Assembly (NCBI GenBank): GCA_963514005.1
Contig: OY740782.1
Coordinates: 64,666,001 to 64,730,000 of the forward strand
Origin: Raja brachyura
Taxonomy: Eukaryota
Reading direction: 5' to 3'
DNA length: 64,000 bases
This document shows positions 10,825 to 22,540 of this stretch, one piece after another; position 1 is the first letter of the stretch, and each line of letters begins with the position of its first letter. The translations under genes and the position numbers were made by a program. The notes under the pieces were generated by a model. The model ran no database searches, was not told the DNA's origin, and worked only from the letters and a program-made list of their open reading frames with translations.

Positions 10825-12550
10825 CTAGACACGCGTGGGTGGACGTGGAGGTGCTGGGTTGGCTTGAGGGCGCGGCGTCTTCGTTTTCCACCAGGGTCTC
10901 TGCCGACGCTGTCCTAAAAAAGACCCCTGGTGCTGGGTCTGATGTTGCTGTCGTTGTGGAGCTTGAGGGTGGGTCCTCATCAAGGTACTAGCAGACCCTC
11001 GTGATCGAATGTATGGAGACTTTGAGCCTGACGGTGTGGGGGCACTCTGAGAGCGCATGATCCCCACCGTTTTGGCTGGTTCGTCAAGCTCTTTGACTCT
11101 CTTCGAGAGGTCCTCCCCAAAGAACTGACGGGGCGGGGGCGGCGGCGGTGGTTTGTACAATCCTGCAGACTTCGGAATGAGCGCTGGGCGGATGCTGGTT
11201 TTGCGAAACCCGTTGATTTCGCGCTGGGTCGCGCACAGGAGGGCCAGAGCATCTTCCTGGTCCAAATTCAGTTCGTCCCCGTCCACCGACCGCGCAAAGG
11301 CGGTAATACCGGCCGTGAGGAGCTTCAGGATCCGCTGCAATTTTACCTCTTGTTGACGGATAGCCGCACTGATGTTGCCCCATATCGGCGTATTGACCAC
11401 AGGCACGTTGAGGGAGTTGCAATTGGATGGAGCCTTGTGACGGCTCATTGCCTGAATGAGGACTTCTTCCTGTAGTTGCTGGTTGTTAAGAAAGTCCACA
11501 GTGGCTGCCAGCTTTGCATTTAAAGGAAGTCCAGATGAATGTGGGGCCGCAATTTGGTCGCCACATCCGGAAGATCCTCCGCTGGCACCTCCAACGGAGG
11601 TGATATGGAATCCACCAAAACCTCCTCCTCCTGCTGCTCCAGGCTGATGGTAGAGGCTGGTGACGACGCCCTGTGCCTGTTGCTGCCCTGCTGTAGTTGA
11701 CGTTGAAGCAGGAGCTCCAGCAGCCGCTCCATACGGTCAATACGCCCTTCACCCTGAACACTCAGGTGGTCGGAGTCCTCCGGCTCTGAAAAGAAACCGG
11801 GCTCCTATCATCGGCCCGCACCTCATCGAGGCCCTGCCGGTGCCGGTAGTTGTCGCTAACAGCCGCCGAGGCGAAACTGCGCGATTCCCGCGCGGGCGTG
11901 TTCAACCGCCTCCGTTTAGCGGGAGCTGAAGCCGCTGCCACTAAGGGCACTTGCGGCGTGGTGTCGGCACCAGCCGAAGCATGGCTGCCTGAAGCCCGCG
12001 CAGGCTTGCCGGCTGCCCACATCGTGGACTTTGCCGGCGCATGGTCTCGCCCACCCATCCATGGGGGGCTCGGCGACCGCGACGAGACCCGACTCAACCG
12101 ACCCGTCCCGGCGTCGAGAGTCGGGGTGTGCCGGCTGGACCTCACAGCCGCCCCGGGTCTCGCCCTGGAACCTGACCGCTCCTCCGTGTCAGGCAATGCC
12201 TTAGCCCTGGCAGGGTTTGGCTTCGGGGCTGCTGCCCTTCCCCTACTCGGAGGGCTGAGTGGAACTGGCCGTGCAGCCGCACGCACCCAGCTCGAGGTCG
12301 CCAGCGAGCCCGCTGACGACCTGACTGCCATGGCAGGGTCCCCCTGCTCTGGCGGCACACCACACTCCTTCTCGTCGAACTCCTCCGAGCTGTGGTGTGC
12401 TGGCGGATCTGGACCTGTAAACACAGGGCTTACCCACATCTCCGCCTGAGTCCCGGCCTGCGTTGCAGGTACTGCCGATGGTAAAGGCCCCGGAACTGTT
12501 GACCGGCGAACTCGTCCTGACGTCCTCCGGCCCTTGGAACTCCCATCCAT
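10825..12550 (-). pseudogene. DIRS gag-like ORF1 (frameshifted)
   Basis: ATG in strong Kozak context at 12550 (MDGSSKGRR..); low-complexity N-terminal half; C-terminal PSNC..LNVPVVN..IW..KLQRI..LALL..RK..I.P.L..FG block, located upstream of pol. Confidence 0.8.
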
Positions 12551-12711
12551 GTCCTTGCTGCAAGACAAAACCCACAACAAGGACCACCAACTAAAGGTAG
12601 GATACTTACCTCCGTGGCCCCTTCTGAAGGGCTGGCGCGGTACGACGATATGTCGAGCATGCGCGCCGGCGGGCTCTTCACGAAGTCACTCATGTGACTC
12701 CGAAATGAAAT

Positions 12712-12785
12712 TTCATTTGAAACTGCATATATCAATGTATTTCTAAATGCCAATAAAGTTTGTTTGACTTGTTTGACTTGACTTG
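12712..12785 (+). mobile_element. Remainder of the Rex1/Babar 3' UTR and tail
   Basis: ttcatttgaaactg...aataaa then (ttgac)n; joins 7442 to give gcaacagAATttcattt. Confidence 0.8.
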
Positions 12786-12799
12786 GTTTATAAAAATAT

Positions 12800-12876
12800 A
12801 TACAAAGTGCTGGAGTAACTCAGCGGGTTAGGCAACGTCTCCAGATATAATGGATAGGTGATGATTCGGGTTGGAA
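12800..12876 (-). mobile_element. Penelope pLTR fragment
   Basis: tgctggagtaactcagcggg..ggca...ggataggtga. Confidence 0.65.
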
Positions 12877-13740
12877 CTAACAGTTTTGCTTTTTTTTTTG
12901 CTGATGTTTTATTTCTAAAAGTGGAGTATAAACTGAAGGTGTGGAACCTTCAACGGGATGTAGCTCAACGGCAGTAACAGGAAGGCAATTGGTGAAATAG
13001 GTATCCATGCAAGAGATGGGAGCAACCTCAGACAAGACAGAAAGCACTAGGCTCAGTACTGTGCTAAAGACAAACTCCTCATCCTGCCACCAGAAAGAAA
13101 ATCCAGGCATTTTAATAAAAGGAACTAAATGCAAGGTTGAAAAATAAATATTTTAATAAAGTAAAAACCCAACATAAGAAGAACATTTGTGATTGTGAGA
13201 TATATATGTAAGCAATTCTTTGCAAGCAGCAGGGGTGCAACCACTATAGAATTAAAGAATATAATGGCAATTGTGCGAAAAGTAATCTTTCTATTAATGG
13301 TAGGCTGAACATTTTGTAATGAGGTGTTTTGAATTATTAAATCATCACATCTGAAGCCTCATTATCTTTCAGGAGGAAAACTCCCACTTATTTGAACAAT
13401 ATCCAATGTAATAAATAATGAACAACCAACCTTCACATAATTATGTATTAGGAGGAAAATTCACCACAACAAATTGGTGTTCTCATAATCAAATATTCAT
13501 AATCAGTAAAGTGCAGTCAACCACCAAGTGATTTGACAGTTGAACAACGGTATGCAGATTGACTTTACATTTACACATGTTCAGAGAGTGCTCCCCAAGT
13601 TATTGTTAACATTCACTAAGGCATTTGAGAGGATGAGCCTTACACTTGACATCAGTATAGTAAATGTTGCTACCATCTATCGACCACTGCATTACACCAC
13701 ATTCCAGCATTAAAAATTCACAGTGAGATCTGAGAAAACT

Positions 13741-14280
13741 TGTGTAGGAAGGAACTGCAGATGCTGGTTTAAACCGAAGATAGACACAAAATGCTGGTGT
13801 AAATCATCGGGCCAGGCAGCATCTCTGGAGAGAAAGAAAGAGTGAAGTTTTGAGTCGGGACCCTTTTTCAGACTGAAAGTCACGGGAAAGGGGAACGAGA
13901 GATATAGAACAAACAAATTAAAGATATGCAAAAAGTAACAATGATAAAGGATTACACAAAAAGCTGGAGAAACTCAGCGGGTGCAGCAGCATCTAAGGAG
14001 CGAAGGAGATAGGCGACGTTTCTGAAGTCTGAAGAAGGGTCTCGACCCGAAACGTCGCCTATCTCCTTCGCTCCTTAGATGCTGCTGCACCCGCTGAGTT
14101 TCTCCAGCTTTTTGTGTAACCCTCGATTCTCCAGCATCTGCAGTTCCTTCTTTAACAATGATAAAGGAAGCAGGTCATTGTTAGCCGTAGCTAGGTGAGA
14201 AATAAATACATGGGTGAGTGAGGGATGGAGAGAGAGGGAATGCAGGGGTTACTTGAAGTTAGAATCAATATTCATACCCC
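13741..14280 (-). mobile_element. Older Penelope 3' end/pLTR hosting a nested fold-back mini-element
   Basis: Similar to 3728-4080; split by the insertion at 13952-14152. Confidence 0.8.
13952..14152 (+). mobile_element. Penelope-derived fold-back mini-element
   Basis: Perfect 71-bp inverted arms (13952-14022 / 14049-14119); hammerhead core in the loop; ~33-nt tail; duplication taacaatgataaagga at 13936-13951 and 14153-14168. Confidence 0.92.
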
Positions 14281-15104
14281 TGGGAAACATGGACTGCTTC
14301 CCAGATCTCTGGAGCCACTTTTTCATTTGTCATCTTATAAAAACTCGGAGTCATCAATATCCCACAGCCCTATCCTAATTTCCATTGTCATGTTTACCCA
14401 TCATCCCTGCCCTTGCTACACTGGCATTTAGTCTAACAACACATCAATAATAACATTTTTACCCTCAGTTTGTAATCCATCAGTAGCCTCACCTCACGTT
14501 GTATCTGTAATCACTGCAGCCCCACAAGGCTAGGAGATTTAATTATGTTGTCGACATCAAAGTGCACAGAAGAACCATTTTAATGCAAAACCAACAATGT
14601 GCATTGGTGTTCACATAAATAAAACATAGGCTATGTTCAATAAAGAGCAGTTTCCGGTGCCCATCATGCGATTCTTCAGTAGTTTAGCTGCAGTATGCAG
14701 ACTATGTTTACATTTATGCATATTCAGGGGCTTCTTGAACATCGCTGATCATCATTTCGTTACCCACAGAAAGACACCAAGGCCCTGGTATACGATGTAA
14801 CTGTCATCCATGAGTTCCTCCAATAAACAATGCCGCCTGAAAATCCCAAATATCATCGACATTCCCTTTATTCTTTTCACCCTTTGACTTTCTCTGCAAA
14901 TTGAGATGTGTTTGATTTCTAATTGTTCCTGATTCTGATGAGAAGCAATTGACAGAATATTAGCCCTGGTTTTGCTCTTCATGAATGCTATCTGACCTGT
15001 TCTGTGTTTGCAGTCGTTTAAGACTTCGAACATATACAGTTTCCTATTAGATTTAGGTCGACTCAACTAGACTCAGGTGGGTGTAAGTTGATTGAACAAA
15101 CTGG

Positions 15105-15235
15105 TTCAGGACTGAGGATCCCGACTAGAATCATCACCTATCCATGTTTCTCAGAGATGCTGCTGACCCACTGAGTTACTCCAGCACTTTGTGGTTTCTT
15201 TTTGTAAACCAACATCTGCAGTTCCTTATGACACA
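15105..15235 (+). mobile_element. Penelope pLTR fragment with tail
   Basis: agagatgctgctgacccactgagttactccagcac...aacatctgcagttcctt. Confidence 0.7.
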
Positions 15236-17087
15236 CAAAATCAATTATGTGTCATAATCTGACATAAATTGATTTTAAATTGGTAACTTTACTATGCAAT
15301 TGGTTAAGGAAGCAATGATGCAAAAACCTCCTTGGAATGAACAAGGCTGAGAGGAGATCAGACGAAGATCTAGAAGATCCTCATGTTGTAAATGTATGAT
15401 ACACATATGACATATGCACAAATGCAGAGTTCAGCTGGAGAGTGCAATTTTTCAAGATACATGTATTTTACATGAATTCCAGATGTCCTACTGATTCATT
15501 GCATTCCCAACACCACATGCAATGTGAATAAGAAGCAATTCATGCATTAAAATGTTGACATGTTTACACTGGGTAAATAGAGGGAAGCTGTTCTCATTTG
15601 ATGATCCTTCAAGGATTGAGAACTGTGTGCAAGATGCATTGGAGTGGTGGGAGGAATGTTTTCAAAAGGTACTTATGATGCAAAGCACAGGGAAAGTTAG
15701 GGATTGGGACCTGCAAACATGTCCTTCCATTCCATAAAACATTGAGGCAATTGGAAGAAATTATTTTCACAATTTAGGTTCAAATTCAGAGATTGGAACA
15801 AAGAGACAAGAAACTTATTTTTCCTCCCTCAGTGCCTTCCACAACATTGGATTTAGGATTTTGTGGTCAAGAATTTAAAAAAAGAATTGTTTCATTCCAC
15901 ATTCTTCTCATCCTTCACCTTAATGAGCACAAACATTTATGGAACAGGAAACTGCAAGCTGTGGTGACATCATTGGGGCACTTGCTGTGAGGACTTACTG
16001 AGTCTGGCAATGTGCGAGAGAGCTGAATTAACCATCAGTAGAGACATAGTGATTAACTCAGACGGCTCAGCTTGTTATTTCAGATGTCAACTAATTCTAG
16101 TCATTCAAATTAAGGCTCAGTAACTTTTCACAGCCAGCCCCCTGATAATAAAACCAGCATGCACCGTTTAAATACAGAAATATGTGGAGGGAAAGAAAAC
16201 ATTGAATCAATTAAAGAAGGATAAAATAAAGGCAAAATGTTGTTCTTATTTGTTAAAGAATTGGTATAAACCAATTCTAGATTGGATTGAATTGATTGAT
16301 AGAAACCAAGCATCTTATGATTTCAACTCACGTGGGGATGCAGATTTTACTGGCAAGATGTGTATCTCATTCTTAGCCATATTTACCCTTAATGGGTGGG
16401 ACCCCTCTGACTGAACTGCAGGTATCTCCATAATATGGTTGGTCAAGAGACAAGATTTTAATCAAGCAACAATGAAAGAACATTTCCACATCTGGATGGC
16501 ATGTGATTAGAAAGAGAGGGCTTTTCAATTTTCTGAAATCAATGTCAGCATTTCATTCACGTTACTTATGTCACAGATGCTATCCATTTGCCAGTTAGCT
16601 CGATGTCACAAATTGTTCTTTCACTAAACTTTAACACCGATGCTTCATTCAGATTCCCAGACCAAATTCCCTGTTGATAAGGAAAAAGTGAACAATTTGT
16701 GAATCTTCTAACCCTAGGTATATTTGAAGCACACAATAATAATAATGTTATCATTAAAAATATTTGCATGACTTTTACTTTGAAACCCAGATGGTTCTGA
16801 ATGGTATCTATTTTCGTATATGTTCTTCCACTTTTTTCCCTCGACTTTCCATTGCTAAAGCGAAGAGGGTAGGACCCACTCTCAGGGAAACATTATTCAC
16901 CCTCTGAACTCAGTGTGCAAATAGTGAATGGCTGAATGGCTCTCCTGCTGACATAACATCTGTTTCCAAGAGAACACCTGGAAATAGTAGCGACTCTCAT
17001 TCAGTTTGAACTTATAAATCAGGATATGTACGTTTACTCAGTCCTACGGAGAAGGGAAGCTCCTGCAAAGTGCCGTGGAGCCAAGAA

Positions 17088-17470
17088 CTGCTGAGAGAAT
17101 GGAGGAGCTGGGCTTGTACACTCTGGAGTTTAGAAGGATCAGAAGGGATCTCATTGAAACATATAAGAGTGCTAAAGGCTTGGACACACTAGAGGCAGGA
17201 AACATGTTCCTGATGTTGGGGGAGTCCAGAACCAGGGGCCACAGTTTAAGAATAAGGAGTAAGCCATTTAGAACAGAGACGAGGAAACACTTTTTCTCAC
17301 AGAGAGTGGTCAGTCTGTGCAATTCTCTGCATCAGAGGGCAGTGAAGGCAGATTCTCTGGATGCTTTCAAGAGAGAGCTAGATAGGGCTCTTAAAAATAG
17401 CGGAGTTAGGGGATATGGGGAGAAGGCAAGAACGGGGTACTGATTGGGGATGATCAGCCATGATCACATT
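17088..17470 (+). mobile_element. CR1 LINE 3' fragment
   Basis: ERMEELGLYTLEFRRIRRDLIETYK...TRGHSLRI...FFSQRVVSL..SL...FKRELD; 3' UTR gatgatcagccatgatc. Confidence 0.92.
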
Positions 17471-18299
17471 GTCAATGAAGCCTTTAATGCTTCATTGACA
17501 ATGGAATCAGGGGATGTCTGAACCACACACACATTGTTGTAATTACTCAACAGGTGACATTTGACTAGTTTATGGAAACTGGAAAAAAGGCCTCTAGCTG
17601 AGACAGAGGACTGCAGTTTAATCTCAGGAACAAGCTGCTTTGGATACTACTGGAGCTTTCCTCTAATCTTTTTTGGCACTACCTTCAGCAAATGATTGCA
17701 TCTGTCTTATTAAACACCCTCCGACATCTGTTGATGCATATCTGGTCATCCTAACATTACAACATTAGCTATGCCTGTGGCATAAGTATGAATGCATGCA
17801 TGATCCACTTCTGAGCTGAACAATCTGAATCTCTGTCAATGACGTTTTATCTGGCCTGAATCTATTTTAGCAAATTCAGCACATAACCCATGCTGCCATT
17901 TAATCTGTGGAAAGAATAAAGACTTGCATATATATCTCTTCACATTCATGGAATTTCCAAAAACTATACCTACCAATGAGGATTGTCATATTTATAATAT
18001 ATAATTTGTAGTTAAACATCCAACGTTAGTTCAGGGAAAGAGGATCCTCTATTGTTTAATGCTATTTACAGCCTCTGAGATATTTAGTGTTCAAATTGTC
18101 TTTTTGGACATCTTCAATTTGAATATTTTCACTAATGCCTCGGTCTTCACCTTTCCCCTCCTTTCACCCTGCATGTTTATATAATCCTCTATCACTGAAG
18201 ATCATCCTTAACACTGAAGATGATCTTTCCCTAAATGTTCATTCACTTGCCCTTTAACCATGTTTTTCATGTAATAGCAAATAACTGTAGATGGTGCTT

Positions 18300-18790
18300 T
18301 ATAAAAAAAGACCCGAGACAGTGCTGGAGTAACTTTTTATTACAAATCCCTCACCACCTCCCTTTTTTCCATCTGTGGCATTTGTCCAACCATCTGCCTA
18401 TCAAAACCTCCCCTCATCTGCATTCATCTATTACCCGTGTATGAAGAAACCACTGATGATGCTTTACACTGAAGATAGACACTAAATGCTAGAGTAATTC
18501 AGCAGGTCAGGCAGTATCTTTGGAGAAAAGGAGATGTTTTCCGCCGGACTGCTAGTCTGAAGAGGGGTTCTGACCCGAAATATGTTCCATCTATTACCTC
18601 AGGCTTTATCATGCCCCTCCTCTCATCCAGCTACCTTGCCCCCTCACCCCCCCCCCCCCCCCCCCCCACCCCCAACACCACCCTCCACAATCAGTCTGGA
18701 GAAGGGACACAAACCTGAAATGGCACCTGTCCATGTTCTCCGGAGATGCTGCCTGACCCGTTGAGTTACTCCAGCACATTGAGACCTTTT
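18300..18790 (+). mobile_element. Degenerate nested Penelope pLTR/3' UTR pieces
   Basis: Two hammerhead-like remnants (~18557 ctgaagaggggttctgacccgaaa; ~18696) and pLTR boxes in both orientations. Confidence 0.65.
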
Positions 18791-18799
18791 ATTCATGGT

Positions 18800-19135
18800 T
18801 TAGTGTCAAATGTTGTTGACTTCACTGGCAAAGGCAGGATTTATTGTTTACCTCTAATTGCCCCTGAATGGAGAAATTAAGAGTCAGCCATATTGGTATG
18901 TCTAGAGCTACATATAAGAACTGGAGATTTCCTTCCCAGAAAGGCTTTTGTGAACCAGGTGGGTTTTCACATCAAAGCATTTACTTTCATACAACTATCT
19001 TCTTTGTAAACTGTGGATTTGGCTAATGATCTGAATTTAAATTCATCCACTACTATTAATAGATTCCAGCAGATGTCCCTGGACCAATGATCCAGAGCTC
19101 TGGTTGATCTTCCTGTACAACTACTGATCTATTAC
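18800..19135 (-). mobile_element. Old SINE-like repeat, related to 56280-56575
   Basis: Reverse complement shares blocks (ggaaggaaat, atatggctgactcttaat, ggggcaattag..aataaa) with 56280-56575. Confidence 0.5.
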
Positions 19136-19449
19136 TTACTTTTGAATACCCTCTATTTTGCCAGAACAGTGCTGGCCTGGAGGGATGCATTCCAGTGCTG
19201 AATGACTGCAGGACATTTCTTATTTGATGATGCCTGGATACAAAAAAAAGTCTATAGTGACAGCAGAAGCAGGGGTACAGCTGGAGAGCTTAGTCGAGGT
19301 AAAAGAGGCAATATCTACTCTGATTTATGAGCTACCAGTCCCATGGAAGAGTGAGTGCAAGCTGTGTTTTTATCTTGCCACTCAATACATGCATCAGGAA
19401 CTGGCCTAGCAAATTGTAAGTCCCTGTTCCGACACCATAGACTCTACAG

Positions 19450-19755
19450 GGATGACACAGTGGCACAGTGCCAAGGACCCAGGTTCAATCCTAATCTTGA
19501 TGCTTTCTATGTGGATTTTACATGTTCCCATTATAATCGTGAGTTTCCTCAGGTGCTCCAGTTTCCTTTAGCATTAAAAAAGATGTACTGGTTTGTGGAT
19601 TAATTGGCCACTGTAAATTACAGCTCGTGTGCAGTTAAGTGGGGAAAGTTGATTAAATGTTAAACTAATGCAGGATTAGTGCAAAATAGATGGTTTATGA
19701 TTGGTGTGTGACTCAGTGGGTCAAAGGGACTGTTTCCGTGCTGTTTCTCTCTGAC
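19450..19755 (+). mobile_element. V-SINE/HE1-type SINE (diverged)
   Basis: tRNA-like head (tggcacagtg, ggttcaatcc), V-domain caggtgctccagtttcc, CR1-like tail aagggactgtttccgtgctgt. Confidence 0.75.
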
Positions 19756-19924
19756 TGAGAAAATAATCTATTAGAAATTACAACCAGAAGCATCACGATG
19801 CCTCACAAAGATGCTCCCCGTGACATTACACCATCAGGTGGGTGGAGCCAATGATTACCCATCTATAATGTTAGCTGGGCCATAAGTCTTGGTTTGAAAA
19901 CGTGGTAACCCTACTATGCTATGG

Positions 19925-20225
19925 CGCGGCACTGCGGCGCAGTGGTAGAGTTTCTGCCTTACAGCCCCAGAGACCCGGGCTCAATCTTGATTACGGATGC
20001 TGTGTGTATGTAGTTTGTACATTTTCCCCATGACCTGTATGGGCTTTCTCCGGGTGCTCTGATTTCTTCCCACACTCCAAAGGGTTATTTGGCTTGGTAA
20101 AATTGTAAAATTGCCTCTAGCGTGTATAGAATAGTGTAGATGTGCGGGGATCGCTGGTTGACACAGACTCAGTGGGCCGAAGGGCCTGTTTCCGTGCTGT
20201 ATCTCTAAATTAAAATAAACTAAAT
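19925..20225 (+). mobile_element. V-SINE/HE1-type SINE
   Basis: A/B-box-like head, ctccgggtgctctgatttcttcccacactccaaag core, gggccgaagggcctgtttccgtgctgtatctctaaa tail. Confidence 0.85.
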
Positions 20226-20829
20226 TATACTAGTGTGCTCCTGTGACTCACCCGGTGATGTATTTTACTTGGACTGATATGGGCCAGGAGCAGCAGGCAA
20301 GTGGGACTAGCTCAGTTGGGCAACTTGGTTTGCGTGGATGAATTGGGTCAAAGAGCCTGTTTCTGTGCTATGTAGCTCTATGATTCTAAGACGTGGAAAT
20401 TTATCATTGGAAATTTGCGTCTAGGTCTATTTTTGTAATTGAGATTTTTTATTAAGCTCTCTTGTTTTATAGAGACAGTGTACTGTAAATAAACAATTTG
20501 CAACCATAAAATGCTTATAGAGAATAACCACACAGGGCATCGTTCAACTTGCCTTTGTATATTTTAGATCATAAGTGTTCCATTCAGTCAAATTGGTGCA
20601 AGTGCAAGATGACATTTGCACTTTGTGACTGGTCACTACATATTGCCCCTAGTGGATGTAGATGATTAGTCAAATCTGAGGGAAGAATTAAAAATATACA
20701 GTAGGATGTGTAAATGAATGCCTGGTGGTCAGTGGGGACTCACTTGTCCAAGTGACCTATTTCCTCTTTATGATTCTAAAATCATGATCTGAAACTTTCT
20801 CATTGTTTCTTCAACATCGCTTAATCGAG

Positions 20830-21220
20830 TCAAAGAGTCAGAGAATGATACAGTGTGGAAACAGGCCCTTCAGCCCAACCTGCCCACACCAGCCAACATG
20901 TTCCAGGTACATTAGTCCCACCTGCCTGTGTTTGGTCCATATCCTTCCAAACCTAACATATCCATGAACTTGTCTAACTGTTTCTTAAATGCTCGGATAG
21001 TCCCTGCCACAACTACCTCCTCTGGCAGCTTGTTCCATACACCCACCGCCATTTGTATGAAAAAGTTAACCCTCAGGTTCCTATTATATCGTTTCCCCTT
21101 CACTTTAAACCTTTGTCCTCTGGTCCTTGATTCACTTACTCTGAGCAAGAGAACCTGTGCATCTACACAATCTATTCCACTCATGACTTTATACACCTCA
21201 ATGAGATCACCCCTCATCCT
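20830..21220 (-). mobile_element. CR1 LINE 3' end
   Basis: LRMRGDLIEVYKVM...SRTRG..FKVKG...NFF....VGVWNKLP...FKKQLD, plus 3' UTR. Confidence 0.88.
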
Positions 21221-22200
21221 CAAAGGTGAGGACCAGGGAAACTCTATACTTGTTTTGTCTAGAGAGGGGAACAAGGGCGGAACTACGAGACACAGAGGAG
21301 ACGAGGGCACAGAATCCATCTGTAACAGCAGGTTGAAATACACATTTACTAAAAATAGTGGACATATTAGAATGGAAATTCTCATCTTGGGAACAATTGC
21401 AACAGAGATGGAGGAATTGAGAGTAGAGAATGGTGTCTTTGCAAGAGACAGGGTGGGACGAAATGTCATCCAGATAACTGTAGAGTTGGTAGGTTTATAG
21501 TAGACGTCCATTGATAGTCTGTCACCTGTAATGGAGATAGAGATATCAAGAATTGGGAGATAGATGTCAGAGATAGTCCAGGTGAATTTGAGGGTAAGGT
21601 GGAAATTAATGGTGCAGTTACTGAAATCCATGAGTTCTGCACGGTTGCAGGAGGCAGCCCTGATGCATTCATTGATGTATTGGAGAAAGACTCGGGGAAT
21701 AGGGCCAGTGTACACACGAAACAAGGACAGTTCAACGTAAGCAATAAAAAGGCAGGCATTGCTGGATTAATCCCATGCGAGATTAATTTGTAGAAGGACT
21801 GGACATCCATGGTGATGATGAAGCAATGGGGGCCTGGAAATTGAAACTTATTAAAGAGTTGATAAGCATGTGAGGTGTCTCAGACATAAGTGTGAAGGGA
21901 CGAGACAAAGGGGGATAGAATAGAATCGAGGTTTGTGGAGATTAGTGCAGTGGGGCAGGAGCAGGCAGGGACGATGGGTCTGCCAGGGCATTCCTGTTTG
22001 TGGATCTTAGAGAGGAGGTAGAAACGGGTCGAGCGAGGCTGGAGAATGAAAAGGTTGGAGGCTGTGGAGGTTAGATCGGCAGAGGTGATCAGTCTGGGAG
22101 ATAATGGCCTGGTGTTCATCTGTGGGGTGTTGATCAAGGGGGATGTATGAGGATGTATGAGGTCTGAGCGCAGGTGCCTGGCCTCAGCACTCAGCAGTGA
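21221..22200 (-). mobile_element. Degenerate Penelope-like RT fragment
   Basis: RFYLLSKIHK..CPGRPIV..CSCPT, TMDVQS, GPIP...QYINECI, NFH..LKFTWTIS, DVYYKPT. Confidence 0.85.
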
Positions 22201-22317
22201 GGTGTCTCTTAAGAAAAACATGGATGATTCTTGGTGAGCAATATGATTAGCCATGAAATGAATACACACTCACTGTTTCTCCCCTGGCAGCTGCTTCCGC
22301 CCGTGCTAGGAGAAAGA

Positions 22318-22540
22318 ACATAGAACAACACAGCACAGCAACCCTTTGGTCCACAATGTCCATGCTGCACATAAAGTCAAGTTAAACTCCTCTGTCTGCA
22401 CGTGATCCATATCCCTCCATTCCCTGCATATTCATGTGTCTGTCTAAAAGCCTTTTAAATGCCACTATGTTATCTGCCTTCACCACTACCCCTGGCAGCT
22501 GTTCGGGCTGTTAAAAAAAACGTCCGCTACACATCTCTTT
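22318..22540 (-). mobile_element. Old CR1 3' end
   Basis: tccatatccctccattcc..tgtctaaaagccttttaaatg..ctgccttcaccactacccctggcagc, typical reverse CR1 terminus. Confidence 0.7.

Larger units (their letters stand above)
7443..12711 (-). mobile_element. Full-length DIRS-type tyrosine-recombinase retrotransposon
   Basis: gag - RT/RNaseH/methyltransferase-like - YR order on the minus strand; 36-bp perfect ITR core (7516-7551 / 12649-12684); ICR complementary to both termini; AAT at both junctions. Confidence 0.97.

Noticed and set aside
11850-12449. 199-aa ORF antisense to DIRS gag
   Set aside because: GC-rich shadow frame with a non-ATG start and no recognisable domain.
18647-18675. Long poly-C tract as a G-quadruplex element
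   Set aside because: Expansion of the C-rich tract that normally precedes the hammerhead in these pLTRs; length is unreliable in assemblies.
19925-20000. tRNA-like A/B boxes here and at other SINE heads
   Set aside because: They continue into V-domain and CR1-like tails and form no cloverleaf; these are SINEs, not tRNA genes.
20912-21724. 270-aa minus-strand ORF as a novel gene
   Set aside because: Chance in-frame fusion of a decayed Penelope RT piece with a CR1 ORF2 C-terminus (junction ~21220); catalytic YIDD is mutated to YINE.
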